A DNA stretch of 64,000 bases from Dimorphilus gyrociliatus (lineage: Eukaryota; Animalia; Annelida), in the NCBI GenBank assembly GCA_904063045.1, contig CAJFCJ010000023.1:186001-250000 (forward strand), written 5' to 3'. This document shows, piece after piece, positions 26,083 through 38,915 of the stretch. The notes beneath the pieces were generated by a model, which made no database searches, was not told where the DNA came from, and saw only the letters and a program-made list of their open reading frames with translations. The position numbers were made by a program, and so were the translations under genes. Within the stretch, counting starts at the first letter, position 1. Each line of letters starts with the position of its first letter.

Positions 26083-28588
26083 TTATTTAACTAAATGTTT
26101 CTCTTCTTCAATTTCATGATTTTCTTGCCTTCTCTTTCTTAGGCATGGCGAATTTTGAGCGGAATTATTCATCGGCTGTGAATTTTGTAGTTCAATAGCC
26201 CAGGGAAGTTGACGTATGAGAGCATGATTAAGAATACTTTCGTAACACTCGTCTCGATTTATAATGGCTCCAAAGAGCAACGGCTGGATGATTTAATTTA
26301 TTTCATATTAGTAATATTGATATACTTTATCTCTCTCTCTCTCTCTCTTTTACCTGATCTTCAGTTTCGGTCTGAATTTCAATTGCCATTCCATTTCCAG
26401 GAAACCAGCTATTGTATTTGGCTTTAGCAACATTTTGAACGTTGATAATTGGAATGAGGAGATTTTTTGAACTATGAGCCTTATTTCGTTCGAAACATAT
26501 AAAACTGTTTCATCAAATAAACAATTTTAAAGCATTAAAGTGTGCTTGCACGCGTGATATTAGACTATATTTCAGACCTGTTTGTAAGATATAATTTTCC
26601 ATTTTTAAAAGCTGACGTAAGCGGTTTATCTCTACTAATTTTTGTGCACCTCCTCCCGTGAATCCACCCTAAATATATATGTATGTATATACAGTATATT
26701 GTATATATGTAAAATAATATAGCCTATATGATAGAACGTCCTCCGAATTTTTACTACGAATACTTTCTCCGTTTCGTTCCCCTTACCTGGTAAAGGCTTT
26801 TCCGTTGAAGGTAAAGAGAAAACTTGGCAGAAAGCCACGTGACTCGTATCCAAGTTTGCCTCGGTGACTTCTTCATTTACAGACAAAACATTCTGGGTTA
26901 GGAGAGAAACGAAATACGCAAATGAGCGAGAAAGCAATGAAAAAATGATGAAACAATGGGTAACACACCCTATTAATAGCTGCAGCTTTTAGTTTATTTT
27001 CTATCTGATTATCAGTAGGCAGATTCATCCACATATTATAAGTTGAATCATATTTACGCCGTACTCTCGGAAATTTATTATAGATAGCGTCAAGAATGAA
27101 AAATTTCACTCCCAAATATAAGCCGGTAATACGAAAAACGGTACTACCGGAAAATATAGAAGTGGCCAGAAAGAATAGTAGAAGAGTAATTACTAGGCGT
27201 TTCGTATAAGAATTCGATTGCCAAGTCAATAAACTGCAATATGTTCAAAAAACTATAAGTTAATGTTTTTTTAAATATGTAGAAATGAAAGAAAAAACAA
27301 CATAAAATATTTATGTTAGTACTTTTTTAATTTTTCTAAATTGTCCGAAATATTTGACACTCCAACCTGAGAGAAGAAAAAGTTAATAATAATATAATAC
27401 GTATATATTCAAATGGAGGAACTTACTTGAACTTTAGTGGCTATATTTAACACTAATTGTACTTTATCAGTAACTCCAAGATCCTTTGTTTCTTCCTTAT
27501 CCTATGTAAATAAATGGAAGTAGGAAGAAGTAATAAGCTATTCATATATTAATTACAAACGTCATTTTCCGAATTGTCGGGGAAAAGTCGGAAATTTATA
27601 TTCCATCCTCTACAAATAGGATTAATTAATAGATTAATTAGGGTAAATTAAAGACGTAAATTAAAGTATATTCACTTGACTTGTAAGAAATTAATAAATA
27701 ATTTTAGAACTGCTAGAAGACACAAAAATGGAAATAACCAACCATGCCAAACTAGATAAGTATACAACTTAAGATAGTTTAATGAAAAAGGAAATCGATT
27801 ATAAATTTTCAACAAAATTTACTTTATTTATTTAAACTTACGCAAAGTGTAATAAAAGAAACGGCAGGATTTTTCCAAGTTATCAAATAATGAAAATATC
27901 TTATATAATCATAAATTGGTTTAGCGTCGGTTCCTTTAAGTAATGATAGAATAAACATATAGTATACAGTATTTGGATCTATCATTATACTTACTAAATC
28001 TTTTAATCGTTTCTTTCAGTCTATATTTAAAAATAAATATGAATAAGAAATTCCTATTATGATAAAATATTACTAACTTTTTAACCGATAATTGCTTATT
28101 TTCATTACTGTTTGCAAGACTATCATCAACACCCTGATCTTCGCAGAAATCAGCAAAAAATTCGTAAAATTGAGACACTAGCCATTCATATAGGAATTGA
28201 AATTTCCATAAAGATTTCTTTGCTAATCCACTATTATCTATTAAAAGGTGTTTTAAGTCTTTAAAAAAGAGTTTTATTTTTAGATTCAACGAGTATTCTT
28301 ACTCTCTTGTGACAATTGTTCTTCCACGACAAATTCTTCATCGTCTTCCTTAGGCCTTTATTCATAAATGTTTTATTGAATAGACCGAAAACTAATTATT
28401 TTTATTTACTTGTTATCTAATTCATCTAGTTTTTGAGACAGAATATTATTCAGTTGTTTATGTTCATCAACGTCTTCGTTTATCATCATCATCGTCGTCT
28501 CCGTCGTTGACGTACCGGTTGACGTCTCTACCGTTTTCTTCTTTTTAAGCGTATTTATGCGTATTAATCGGAAATTTTTAATATTCAT
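26083..28588 (-). CDS. GRAMD4: GRAM domain-containing protein 4
   Basis: Exons read QLSVK-RLKETIKRF, DLGVTDKVQLVLNIATKVQ...NISDNLEKIKN, GLYLGVKFFILDAIYNKFPRVRRKYDSTYNMWMNLPTD, AFCQVFSLPSTEKPL and LFGAIINRDECYESIL, collinear with GRAMD4. The start codon is tentative. Confidence 0.9.
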
Positions 28589-29709
28589 TCAAGTCATATC
28601 CTAGAAGAAAAGAGATGAATTATTAAAATGGTACCCGTCTTCTACATATTTTTGCCTAATCTTAGAAATTATACATGAATCATAGAAAAATGTGAAAAAT
28701 TACACTGAAATAGAGATATTTATTTATTGGAAAAAAAAATCTGCACAGAAAATCAAGTTAATTTAAGATATGAATAAAGAAAAGAAAAGACCCTTTCCTC
28801 TCTTATTTGAGGAGTGAGATTAAAAAAAAATATAGATAGATTAGTAAAACAAGAGTAAAATAAAAAGGGGATGCCTTAATAAAATTTCGCCAATACATAT
28901 CCACAACAACCGGTTCCTTTAGTATAACTAACGTAGAAAATGCATAAAACTACGAACATAGTTCAAATCTACTCTTTTTTTTGTATTTATTATTATTTAT
29001 AACGTTGTAAAAATTTCTCATACGATTAGGCCGACAAGATTTTTCAATACGAATAATATATTTATATTTATAATATTTCATAAAGAGCATACAAATGCAG
29101 TAACACTAACCGTTATTATTTCTTTCTTTTTTACAGTTAATACATTCAACATAGCTAACCTAAATTTGTATAATTTTAATGTAATTATATAAAATATCTA
29201 ACCTATAAATTATCTATATTATATCTTGTTTTTAGCAAAACCTTGATAAAAAAAATACCAACATTTTCTCCCCTTTTTTTATACAATAAAGTAACAGCTG
29301 TTTCCAACTTACAATATAAATTGTACACTGTGGAACCTTTAACGTCTTTTCCACGCGAAAACACAAGGAATAAGGATTAGTAAATTCTGTTTGTATTTAA
29401 GAATCTTCTTGTGTTAATACTAGCTTAAAAAATCTTTTCTAAACTTTCAAAACTACTCTTACTTAGTCCAATAGTTGATATTTTATTATTGATATGCAAC
29501 ACGGCGCCATCTGGAGGCGAAAGAAACACAGTTTCATTTGTGTATACTATATGTATGTATATAATGCATTAACTCGGGATTATTCAATTAATATTTCTGC
29601 GCACACACACACATATATATATATATACTGTATATATATAGTTGTAAACAAAACATTGTCCACAGAGGAAGATATAAAGAGAAAGAAGATAAAAATTCTT
29701 TGCTTTTAT

Positions 29710-29711
<2 letters not shown>

Positions 29712-29741
<30 letters not shown>
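29712..29741. repeat. (TC)n microsatellite; similar GA/TC tracts at ~26330, ~30000-30027, ~36530 and ~40475
   Basis: Directly visible dinucleotide run. Confidence 0.95.
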
Positions 29742-29746
<5 letters not shown>

Positions 29747-29994
29747 TGCTGAATAATTTTATATGTTAAGAACATAAGAATGGAGGAGAGAAGGAGGGAG
29801 AAAGACGTTTCTGTTTTAGTAAATTAAATTCTATCTTCGTATTTATATTTATATTTATTTCTATTGATTATTTCTTTATAAAAAAAAATTGAATATTTTT
29901 TTTACATTCTGTCTATTGTTCCTACAAAATGATAATATAAAAAGTTTGCAGGATTATTATATTATATTCATTTTGACACACACGTACATACAAA

Positions 29995-30027
<33 letters not shown>

Positions 30028-30960
30028 ATTCCCTTTTACTGTGATAAAATCAATTTTCTGTTGTTCCCCGCCATCCGCCCTTTACTTTTCCTTCTATCAG
30101 CTTAAATACATATATGTATATATATATATATATTATATCCTACTGTCCACTTTCTCTCTCTCTCTCTCGTTACTTTAATAATATGTAAACGATTTAGTTG
30201 TTAACATACAACACTGAACATCGAATATCAATTATACAGTATAGGATCATCTACAGCAAAACTTAATGGTTTTTCTGTTGTTTGTACCAGTAATTTTTTA
30301 CCATTAGATGATATAAGCATAATTAATCTAAAAGATATAGATTTGGAAAAAAAGTAATAAACTGTCTGTCTGTCTCTCTCTTTTTATATGTCTATACTGT
30401 GTATATATGTTAAAATCATTACGTATTTTAATTAGTTTTTAATGAAATATAATTAAAAAAAGGAAATAATGTGTTGCATGATTATATCTAGAGGGTAATA
30501 AAGTTTATATCTACTATATACAGTATATGTATATATCTATGTAAATTTAAATATATGCATGCATACCTGAATAGATTTATCTATACAACAAAAGTACAGA
30601 TGCTTTTTTTATTAAAAAACTTATTACAGGTTGCTCCATGAAGAAATAACACAAAATACAATATACGTTACATGATTCATATATCATCATATCAAATTTA
30701 CTGTATAATACTAATAATTGGTCTTCTGTTATGCATGTTATACTTTCAAGTTCATTTCAATCATGCTTAACATGTATATTAAATGAGTAAAATATTAAAG
30801 TCGATCTATTTTTAAACCAGTTTTTTTCTAATATTATCTAAAAATTTAATAATAAAAATCAAACAATAGTAAAAGGAAAAAATATGCATTGATATCGTTT
30901 ATTCTCCTTTAAATTGAAAAGCTAAAGAATAATAATTTACACAAAAGATAAAACTCCTAT

Positions 30961-31904
30961 TTATAAACCCACACCGAAATACACCAAGAAAAGAGACTTG
31001 AGGACTACTTGATAGTAGCGAAAGGTCGCTAGGAAATCGTTGGCGTAGAATAGAGTTTCTAGAAGACTGCAAACGAATCCGGATTGAACGAAACCCCTTC
31101 CATATTGGACAAACCAAGTGTTTTCTTTCATAAAAACGACTTCACTTTCTCCCGCTAGTGTGTTTACTGCAGAGCCTGTGGTAACAATCTTTTAGTATTC
31201 ATCTAACATTAAAGATTGAAAATACTCAAAAAAAAAAACCATCAGTAGAGTGGTTACCATTCTTTTATATTATATGTTAAAATTATTAACCTTTGCTAAA
31301 CGACGTAGTATCAAAATTTGATTTCTTCCAAATTTTTGCTTGTCCATTAACGATATTAGATGTTATATTAACCCACATTCCACCAAAATGTCCGCTTCCT
31401 GATAGAGGACTTCCACTAAAGATTACGTATTCGGTAAGCGATGCATGTAAAACGCATACGGATTGCGATAATCCGCCTATTTTAATTAAAATCCATTCTA
31501 AATCAGATTTAGGTAGAATTTTACCAGGAAACTCTTTCGATAATTCTCTATGAATATTTTCAAATGATGTTTTAACATTCTTATCTAAACCCAATTAATT
31601 GTTTAATTAGGACAGGAGAAAAATTAAATGAATGATACGTTTAATCATTTATTAGTAAAATACAAAAGTAACACAAATAGAAGAACAAAAAGGTGGAAGA
31701 AGATAATGATAAGAAAGGAAGGGATAGCAAAAAGAAAAGCAAATTGTATAAATCCTTACCAGTTTGCTTTTTAACAATTGATGTTAAAGTATCGTTATTG
31801 AATGTAAATGATTTGTTATTAATCCAAGTATTAAATAATGCAATAAATATAGTAATAGTAACTGCGTATTTAAATAATTTAAAGCAACAACGAAACAACG
31901 CCAT
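30961..31904 (-). CDS. SIGMAR1-like: Sigma-1 receptor/ERG2-family protein, divergent paralog (3 exons)
   Basis: Reads MALFRCCFKLF...KKQTG-LDKNVKTSFENIHRELSKEFPGKILP...LHASLTEYVIFSG...GHFGGMWVNITSNIVNG...SKG-SAVNTLAGESEVVFMKENTWFVQYGRGFVQS...VYFGVGL*. Both introns are phase 1 at the same positions as in the 37 kb paralog. Confidence 0.88.
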
Positions 31905-32180
31905 TTTCAAATTATTCTCCTCTTACTTAATATAATTAGAAATGTAGGACAGGCCGCCGTACGAGAATCAACTAGAGAGAAAGTGACATGGGGATTATAC
32001 AGAGGTGGGGTGGGGAGGGGGAGAGAGTAGTATAGAGCCATTTAACCATGTGTTGCTTTATTGTTCTCATTAATCTATAATTTGTTTCAAAGTACTAAGG
32101 CCTACGATAGTATATTTCCAGGTGTTTAACTACTGTATTTAATTTTCCAAACATTTCGATCCAAAAAACCGACAAAAGTG

Positions 32181-33650
32181 TTAATAGGTTGCATCCTCTG
32201 GAAGGAAAGGAATAGATTTTCCATCCAAGAAATTATGTATTAGGTCAATACATTGTTTGGATGTCTGAAGAAAGAACAGACGTATATAATATGTAGTTAT
32301 ATTATACTTCAGTGTATAATATTAAAAGAGAAGAAAATCTCCAGTAACAATTATATACAACTGTGAAAGATTTACCTCAATAAATAGGTTGTCATGGTAC
32401 CAGGATACATGAGGTGTAATAATAATATTTTCTTCTTTGTAGAAAGGATGATCTTGTGGGAGAGGCTCCGTTCGAAAAACGTCTAGAATAGCAGCACGAA
32501 TCCACTTATTACTAAAAAAAGATAGTGAAGATATTCAACTTTATTGCTTTACGATTTCCCCAATTTAATTACCGTAAAGCAGTTAATATAGCTTCGTCCG
32601 ATATAACATTTCCTCTTCCAATGTTAATAAACACCGTATTCTAAATTAGTTGAATTTCTATTAGAATTCTTGATTGCAATATATTCAAAACGAAAATGAA
32701 ATGAATACGAAAAATGACAACAGTCCTGTTTTAGGTTAATATTCAAAATCATTTCTATCAGGAATACTTACTCGGTTTTGACAGGCTTTTAGGGTTTCTC
32801 CTGAAAGTATATCTGTCGTATCTTTTGTCACAGGAAGAACATTACAAACATATTCGCAATTTCCTAATACCTCGTCTAAATCTTTAACAGTCCTGGCATA
32901 ATCCACATAATCTTCTTTTACTTGTCCAGAAGTATTAATCGCCCAAACTGTCATTCCAAATGCTTTACATACTCTGGCAACTAGAAAAGATTAAGAATGA
33001 TTAGTTTAAACAAAACCCTTAAATAATAAAACAGTGAATTAAAAGAAAAAGCCATTACTCTTTTTTCCTATAGTTCCAAAGCCCAAAAAAGCAATTGATG
33101 AACCATTGAGTAGTTTTATAGAATACACATTCGCCATGTTATCTTTTAAAGGCCATAAATTCTTAGCGCCTTTAATATTTATCTTTCTTTCCAATAGAAA
33201 TAATTGATGAAAGAAATACTCAGTCATTGGATGACTTATATGGTCCTTAATTCTGCATACTGGTGGCATCTTTTGAAAACAAACGTATAGAAAGAATTAT
33301 AATAATCATTATTTTTTACGTTTTTAACAGTTTTTCTTGCTAAAACAATATGCTCAATTCCAGCCATTGGTGATATAACTAATTTAACATTTGGTGCTTT
33401 TTCCAAAAAGTCACAGCATCTTACAGGAGATGAAGCAACTGTTATGACTATATCAGTGCCTTCGAATACGCTCTTTTCCGTTGCTAATAAAGAATATACA
33501 AATTTAAGAAATAATAAAAATCATAGTTTATGTATAAATTTTCTTACGAAAGGTAAAGTATTCATTATAGATACACCTCTCATCAGATTTGGGAAAACTA
33601 TTACAAGATGTCTTGGGTAAGAAGACAGCAACGATTGTTTTTCTCTCCAT
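32181..33650 (-). CDS. D-isomer-specific 2-hydroxyacid dehydrogenase (GhrA/glyoxylate-hydroxypyruvate reductase-like)
   Basis: Seven-exon model with the Rossmann motif FLGFGTIG and catalytic-triad motifs INIGRG, LDVFRTEPLP and ITPHVS. The end of beta-2 (WAINTSG) lacks the acidic residue typical of NAD-specific members, which suggests NADP(H) use (inference). Confidence 0.9.
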
Positions 33651-35147
33651 GTCTGTTTCAATATTCAGTTCTCAGTGTTGTGTGATAACATATCATTGGC
33701 CTCTTCTTTTAAAAGCATTTATAAGGCGTAACTAACATTGGTCCTGTTCAAAGGTAGAAAAATAGAGTTTCAAATTTATCTTTTTATATACAATATATAT
33801 ATATATATATATTGATATATTAAATATATTGTACAGCATATTAAATATAAAGATCTGTTCTAGAAATAGTAACAAAGTGAAAAACTTATCATTAACATGC
33901 TTTAAAATTAAATTATAAAATTGCTAACGTCATCCTAAGAGATCCAAAATTCTCGAGTGTTTCTTTGTGTTAATGTCCTATCATATCAAGTTACAAAATT
34001 AAGCTGTAGAGAGATAAGGGAAAGAATTCATAAGGAATAAAAAGTGTAAACTACAAATAAGAAACATTCTTTTCTCTATATTTTTTACCTGCTAGGTAAA
34101 ATCTATTGAGATTCAAAGGTTATTTCTATTAATGAAACATTCTTTACATTTGGTTTTGTCGATACTGATAATCGTGATTTGAGTGACGTAGATCCTGTCA
34201 TGGGAATCGTTTTGATCTAAGCGGAACTGGTGTCGGAAGCATTGAGTATTGATTGTTGACATTGTAAATAGATATGGAATTGATTCGGCATATAAAACTT
34301 CTTATTTAGCATTTCTCCTCTCATTGCTCTATTTTGTAGTCTATTAAAAAAATTGCATAGAAATTATAACGTTTAGCAAATTATTGATCTTCTCTTATGT
34401 TGACATATGTATCCTTTAACAGCTCATTGAAAAAATCAAAGTTTATCCATTATATTCTAAGGTTCCTCTTTTTTCCTCTAGTCCTCTTATCGTTACAGCG
34501 AATTACTTGGAACAATTTGTTTCGCATAAACATTCAAGTAGAAGAGGAGAGATTTCTGTCAGTTCGATCATTCATGCTTAAGATTACCGTTAATGTAGGA
34601 AAAGAAGCAATAACAAAATTTTCATAATGAAATCAAAGTAAGAAACGTAACCTATTAATGAAATCAGAGTTTGTGCTCTTCTCTTAAGAAACAATAAAAA
34701 TTATAATCATAAAGAAAAAGAATAATTCAGAATGAAAGCCATATTTGAAAAGAACAAGTTAGCGCAAAGATAAATAAATATTTAACCTTTTCCTCTTACA
34801 TACATCATCATATTATTCGATTATATGACTTGTAAGAGGAGAAGCAAAGTAAAGCTTTGCCAGGTGATAAGAGTCTGATATTCTTAAACATCCAAGGCTA
34901 ATTTTAATATAATAGAAAGCCAGAAAGCCTTAGATTTATTCTTTGTCTTTTAAATTTCATTTTTATTAATGATAATGTTATTTTTCCTTTTTTTTATTTC
35001 ATAAAAAATAGTCTAAAGTCATTAAACAATCAAAGAAAAGTAGACAGAGATGGGAGAGAAGAGGCCATGGGGGAGAGAGAGAGAGAGATAAGTCCATCAA
35101 GGAAGAGAAAGCAAAAAGAAATTGAAAAGATCTAATTATACATTCTG

Positions 35148-35678
35148 TTATGAAAAAGTCACTTGTCTAATCCGAAATTCACTTCGTAGCGAAGGAGGGC
35201 CGAGTCTATGCTTTATCCATCCACTTTCGTGGGCATCTAAATAATCTTTGTATTTTTCCGACTGGATATAATGGATATTACCTCCTTTTGGTATTATCTT
35301 CCATTTTGTCCATGATTCTTCGCTCGGTGTTTCCGTCATCGTTACTCTTGTTTTTTTCGTGTAATAAGATATTTCTCTCTCATGAGCGTCTAAATAATGT
35401 TTCGGAAATTTTACGTTTTCCAAGTAAACGAAACCATTCATAGCGTCAATCACCTTGTTAAAAAAAAAACAAATGTATAGCTATATATCAATATATAAAT
35501 AAATACTGTATGTAAGAAATACCCGCCAATGAGCTGAGATATGAGTATCCACGTCTTGAATATCTATTTTGGTTTCAATAGCACTGTTGTGGGTGACTTT
35601 CGGATCAGCGTCGAGCCACCAATTAGGATATCTGACAGATTCAACAGAAATAACTTTTCCATTAAATTTACTTGTCAT
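35148..35678 (-). CDS. Small (~150 aa) three-repeat beta-trefoil-like protein without signal peptide
   Basis: Two exons joined by a phase-0 intron (HWR|VIDAM). Three internal repeats: VISVESVRYPNWWLDAD, FVYLENVKFPKHYLDAH and IHYIQSEKYKDYLDAH, the first two followed by a W(R/K)(V/I)I motif. Confidence 0.75.
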
Positions 35679-37045
35679 GTTCAGCTGTAGGGGAGGGAAA
35701 TTAAATCAAATAATCCAAAACAAGAGGAGAGGCGAGGAGGGAGAAGAATAGCGTTTAGGAAACAGTACACATTGCTGTGATTTCAATACAAATATATGAA
35801 ATATATTTATGATTAATAATGGCGTCCAATATGGAGTTTATGGGCTATAATCTATTATAAAAATTCAATGAAAGATATCCTTCAGATAGTAATAAACACA
35901 GGAACTGTTAGTTCGCAAGACAACAAAGAATTCTGCTACGGATCAATAAAACAAATATTCTTTTAAATGGAAATTTCTTGATTTAAACGTTATCAAAAGG
36001 GATTATTAAAGTCGTTTAAGTCTTGTGGAAAGACGAATTATTCACGAGGAGAAGAGAAATATCCAGACAGAATAAATTGTAAATAGTGCATCTTTTTAAT
36101 TGAATTATAGAGGAAAGAGAAAGAAAAATGAAATAATATACATTATACCTCGTTAGCAGCTTACCTGTTCAAATAAAGTTACTTAACATATCAATAAATG
36201 TCTTATTTAAAATATTAAATATGATTTCTAATCGAGTTGTTCGATTTTGAAATAAAAAATAAATAGCGTAAATCCTCCATAGGACAAATCCGTCTTACAA
36301 CTTTTGAAAAGTAGTATCTTTTACAATATTACTCTTTTGCAAAAACACTAATAATAGCGATTATAGAATAAACTAATAATTATAATAATAAATAACAACA
36401 TTGTAAAGATGAAAAGGTTAATTAATCAGGTTTTTCTTTGTTTTTGTTTTCATTTTTGCTTAGGAAATATTAGACTAGCACTACTGATTAATTTTAAAAA
36501 GTAACATATTCGCTTTTATTGTTAAAGAGAGAGAGAGAGAGAGAGAAAGAGATGGCAAGGAAAGATTAATAAAATAATCTATAAGTACAGATGTCGCTAC
36601 TAGTCTTTAATAGTTGTTAGGAATTTGTACCTATAATTGGGCATGTAAAGTGAAAATATTGAAAATGGAAGTTATATATATAGACTTCATAATGCACGTA
36701 CAAAGTTCCTCTATCCACAATCGATAAGTTTTCAATCATTTGTAAGTTTCTTAAAAGAATGGGTATAAGAAACGCTATATGCGATTTAGAGATAAACTAG
36801 AAGGGAACCGTAATTTATATATCTGATGCTTATTGACTTTTTTTTTTGGTTTTTCGATTCTTTATGGAAATTTGTGTCTCTCTTGCACAGGATTGTCTAC
36901 TCGTTTATATATCATAATATATATACTGTATAGATACAGTCTATTATACTGAATATCTGGAATTTTGTACAGTAACTCTTATAAAGCAAAGATATTTATA
37001 TTTCTCATAATTTTGTATTCAAAACAGTTGAACGGATTTGATAAG

Positions 37046-38013
37046 TTATAATGCTATACCAAAATAATTCAATAATAAACATTTTGAATAAATTTTAAGC
37101 AAGTAATATAGATTGAAAAAATCAGTTGTACTAAAGAATGTGTCGGCGAGAGCAAAGGTTAACGTGGACGGAATAAACCCTCTACCATACTCGACCATCC
37201 AGGTGTTTGCTTTGAAGTTAACGGCGGTTGCTTCACCCCACGCGTGGAACGGTGTATCACCTATTAGAAGTTGTAAAGGAGAATTAGTTGTATTTACCTC
37301 TTCTTTATGCTAATACAGTGTAGAAATACATTATTATATTAGTAAAAGGAAGCGAAAAATAATAGAGTAAATCAAATACTCTTTTAGATAAACATATCAA
37401 TTTTGATAGTTAATTTATGTAAAATAGACATAGAGCTTAAGAGAGAGAAGATACTTGCATATACATAAATTTATATATATATATATTTATTGTATTCATT
37501 CTAACCTGGTTTGTATATATTTACATCTAATGTCCCTTCTACCCATTGATGGAACTCTCCTGTAATTAATGTATCTGAGACATTTGCCCAGTATCTACCA
37601 GAATGGCCCATAGTTTCCAATGGTGTACCGAAGAATAGTAAATATTCGGTTGCAGAAGCATGAAAAATGCAAATCGATCCCATCCATCCCCCAGCATTCA
37701 TGAAAATCCATTTCAAATCCTTCTCTGGTAGAATAGTCCCATTATATTGGGTATAAAAGTGCTTATGGATGGCCGAAAAGGTTTTTTCAGGAGATTGACC
37801 TTTGACTTAAAATAGAAAATAGGCATATTGAGCAAAAAAAAAGAACCTTTCTTTAAAGTCTAAAATACCCATATATTTCTTGGTGATTGATGCTACGCTT
37901 TCTTCGCTGAATAGATAGCTTTTGTTTACAAGCCATACATGAATAGCAGGTACTATTATTGCAAGTACAACAAAAAGTTTTATTATACAACTGATACACG
38001 ACTTGCAGGACAT
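37046..38013 (-). CDS. SIGMAR1: Sigma-1 receptor (ERG2/sigma1 family), canonical copy (3 exons)
   Basis: Reads [56 protein letters not shown] and [40 protein letters not shown], the hallmark SIGMAR1 motifs. Confidence 0.95.
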
Positions 38014-38040
38014 CGTGGCGGCTGTCTGCTAAATCGTTCG

Positions 38041-38915
38041 ATCACGTGACAAATCAGCTGTTCTCTTTAAATAAATTCTATTGGCTATAGTAAAGAAGAG
38101 AGTAGTTTCCGCAGAAAATTTTTTAGGTAAACACGTGTCTGTATGTTTGGTTTTTATTTATTTATATAAATAAAGAAGAGAGCAAATTAAAAAGAAAACA
38201 AAGAATGCAAACGACAATTTTATTTCGTTTGAGAGTATTTAAAATGAAAGCAATGTATTTATCATCTGACATCCGCATAAGAGAGAATGATTAAATGAAT
38301 AAATGAATGAATGAGTGGTGGATAGATATATAGATGGATCAAATTGATAGATAGATGAACAGTGAAGAGTCTATTAACAATGTAGGCTTATTAAAGTATT
38401 AAAGAAGCGTAATTAAAATATCTTCTCTTCAACATATGCTTTCGTTCATAATTGATTAGCATGTATTGTTTTTCATATTTTAAAACACAAAGAGCCGTTT
38501 GTCCTCCAAATAAGAGATCTATATATCTATCTCTCCCTCACCCTTTCTCTCTCTCTCTCGCTTCCTCTTTCTTCACTCCCCCTCCTTCCTTCTCTTACGT
38601 CTAACTCGTAAACTCGTAAAAGATCCTTGACAAGATAGGAAATAGGGATATCTTAAAAGTACTCTACTCTCACCATATAACTTTGCCACAGTTTTGAATA
38701 AATTTAAGTCCTCTTCGGTGCATATATAGGTCAACTTTTTTCAACATACTTTTTTTCTAATTTAAGGACAGCCATACACCGGTTTTATCGAATAGTATTG
38801 TAACTGAACAGCCGATTTCCTTATCACGTGTTATTTTGTATCACACCACCATAAGAATTTGTTTTTGTGAGGGTGGCAACCAAAGGGTACTGGAACACGC
38901 CATTATCACGTGATT
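38041..38915. promoter_or_regulatory. Candidate SREBP/E-box plus CCAAT elements upstream of SIGMAR1
   Basis: ATCACGTGAC at 38041, inverted CCAAT (ATTGG) at ~38080, ATCACGTG at ~38823, ATCACACCAC at 38840 and ATCACGTGAT at ~38905. Motif match only. Confidence 0.35.
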
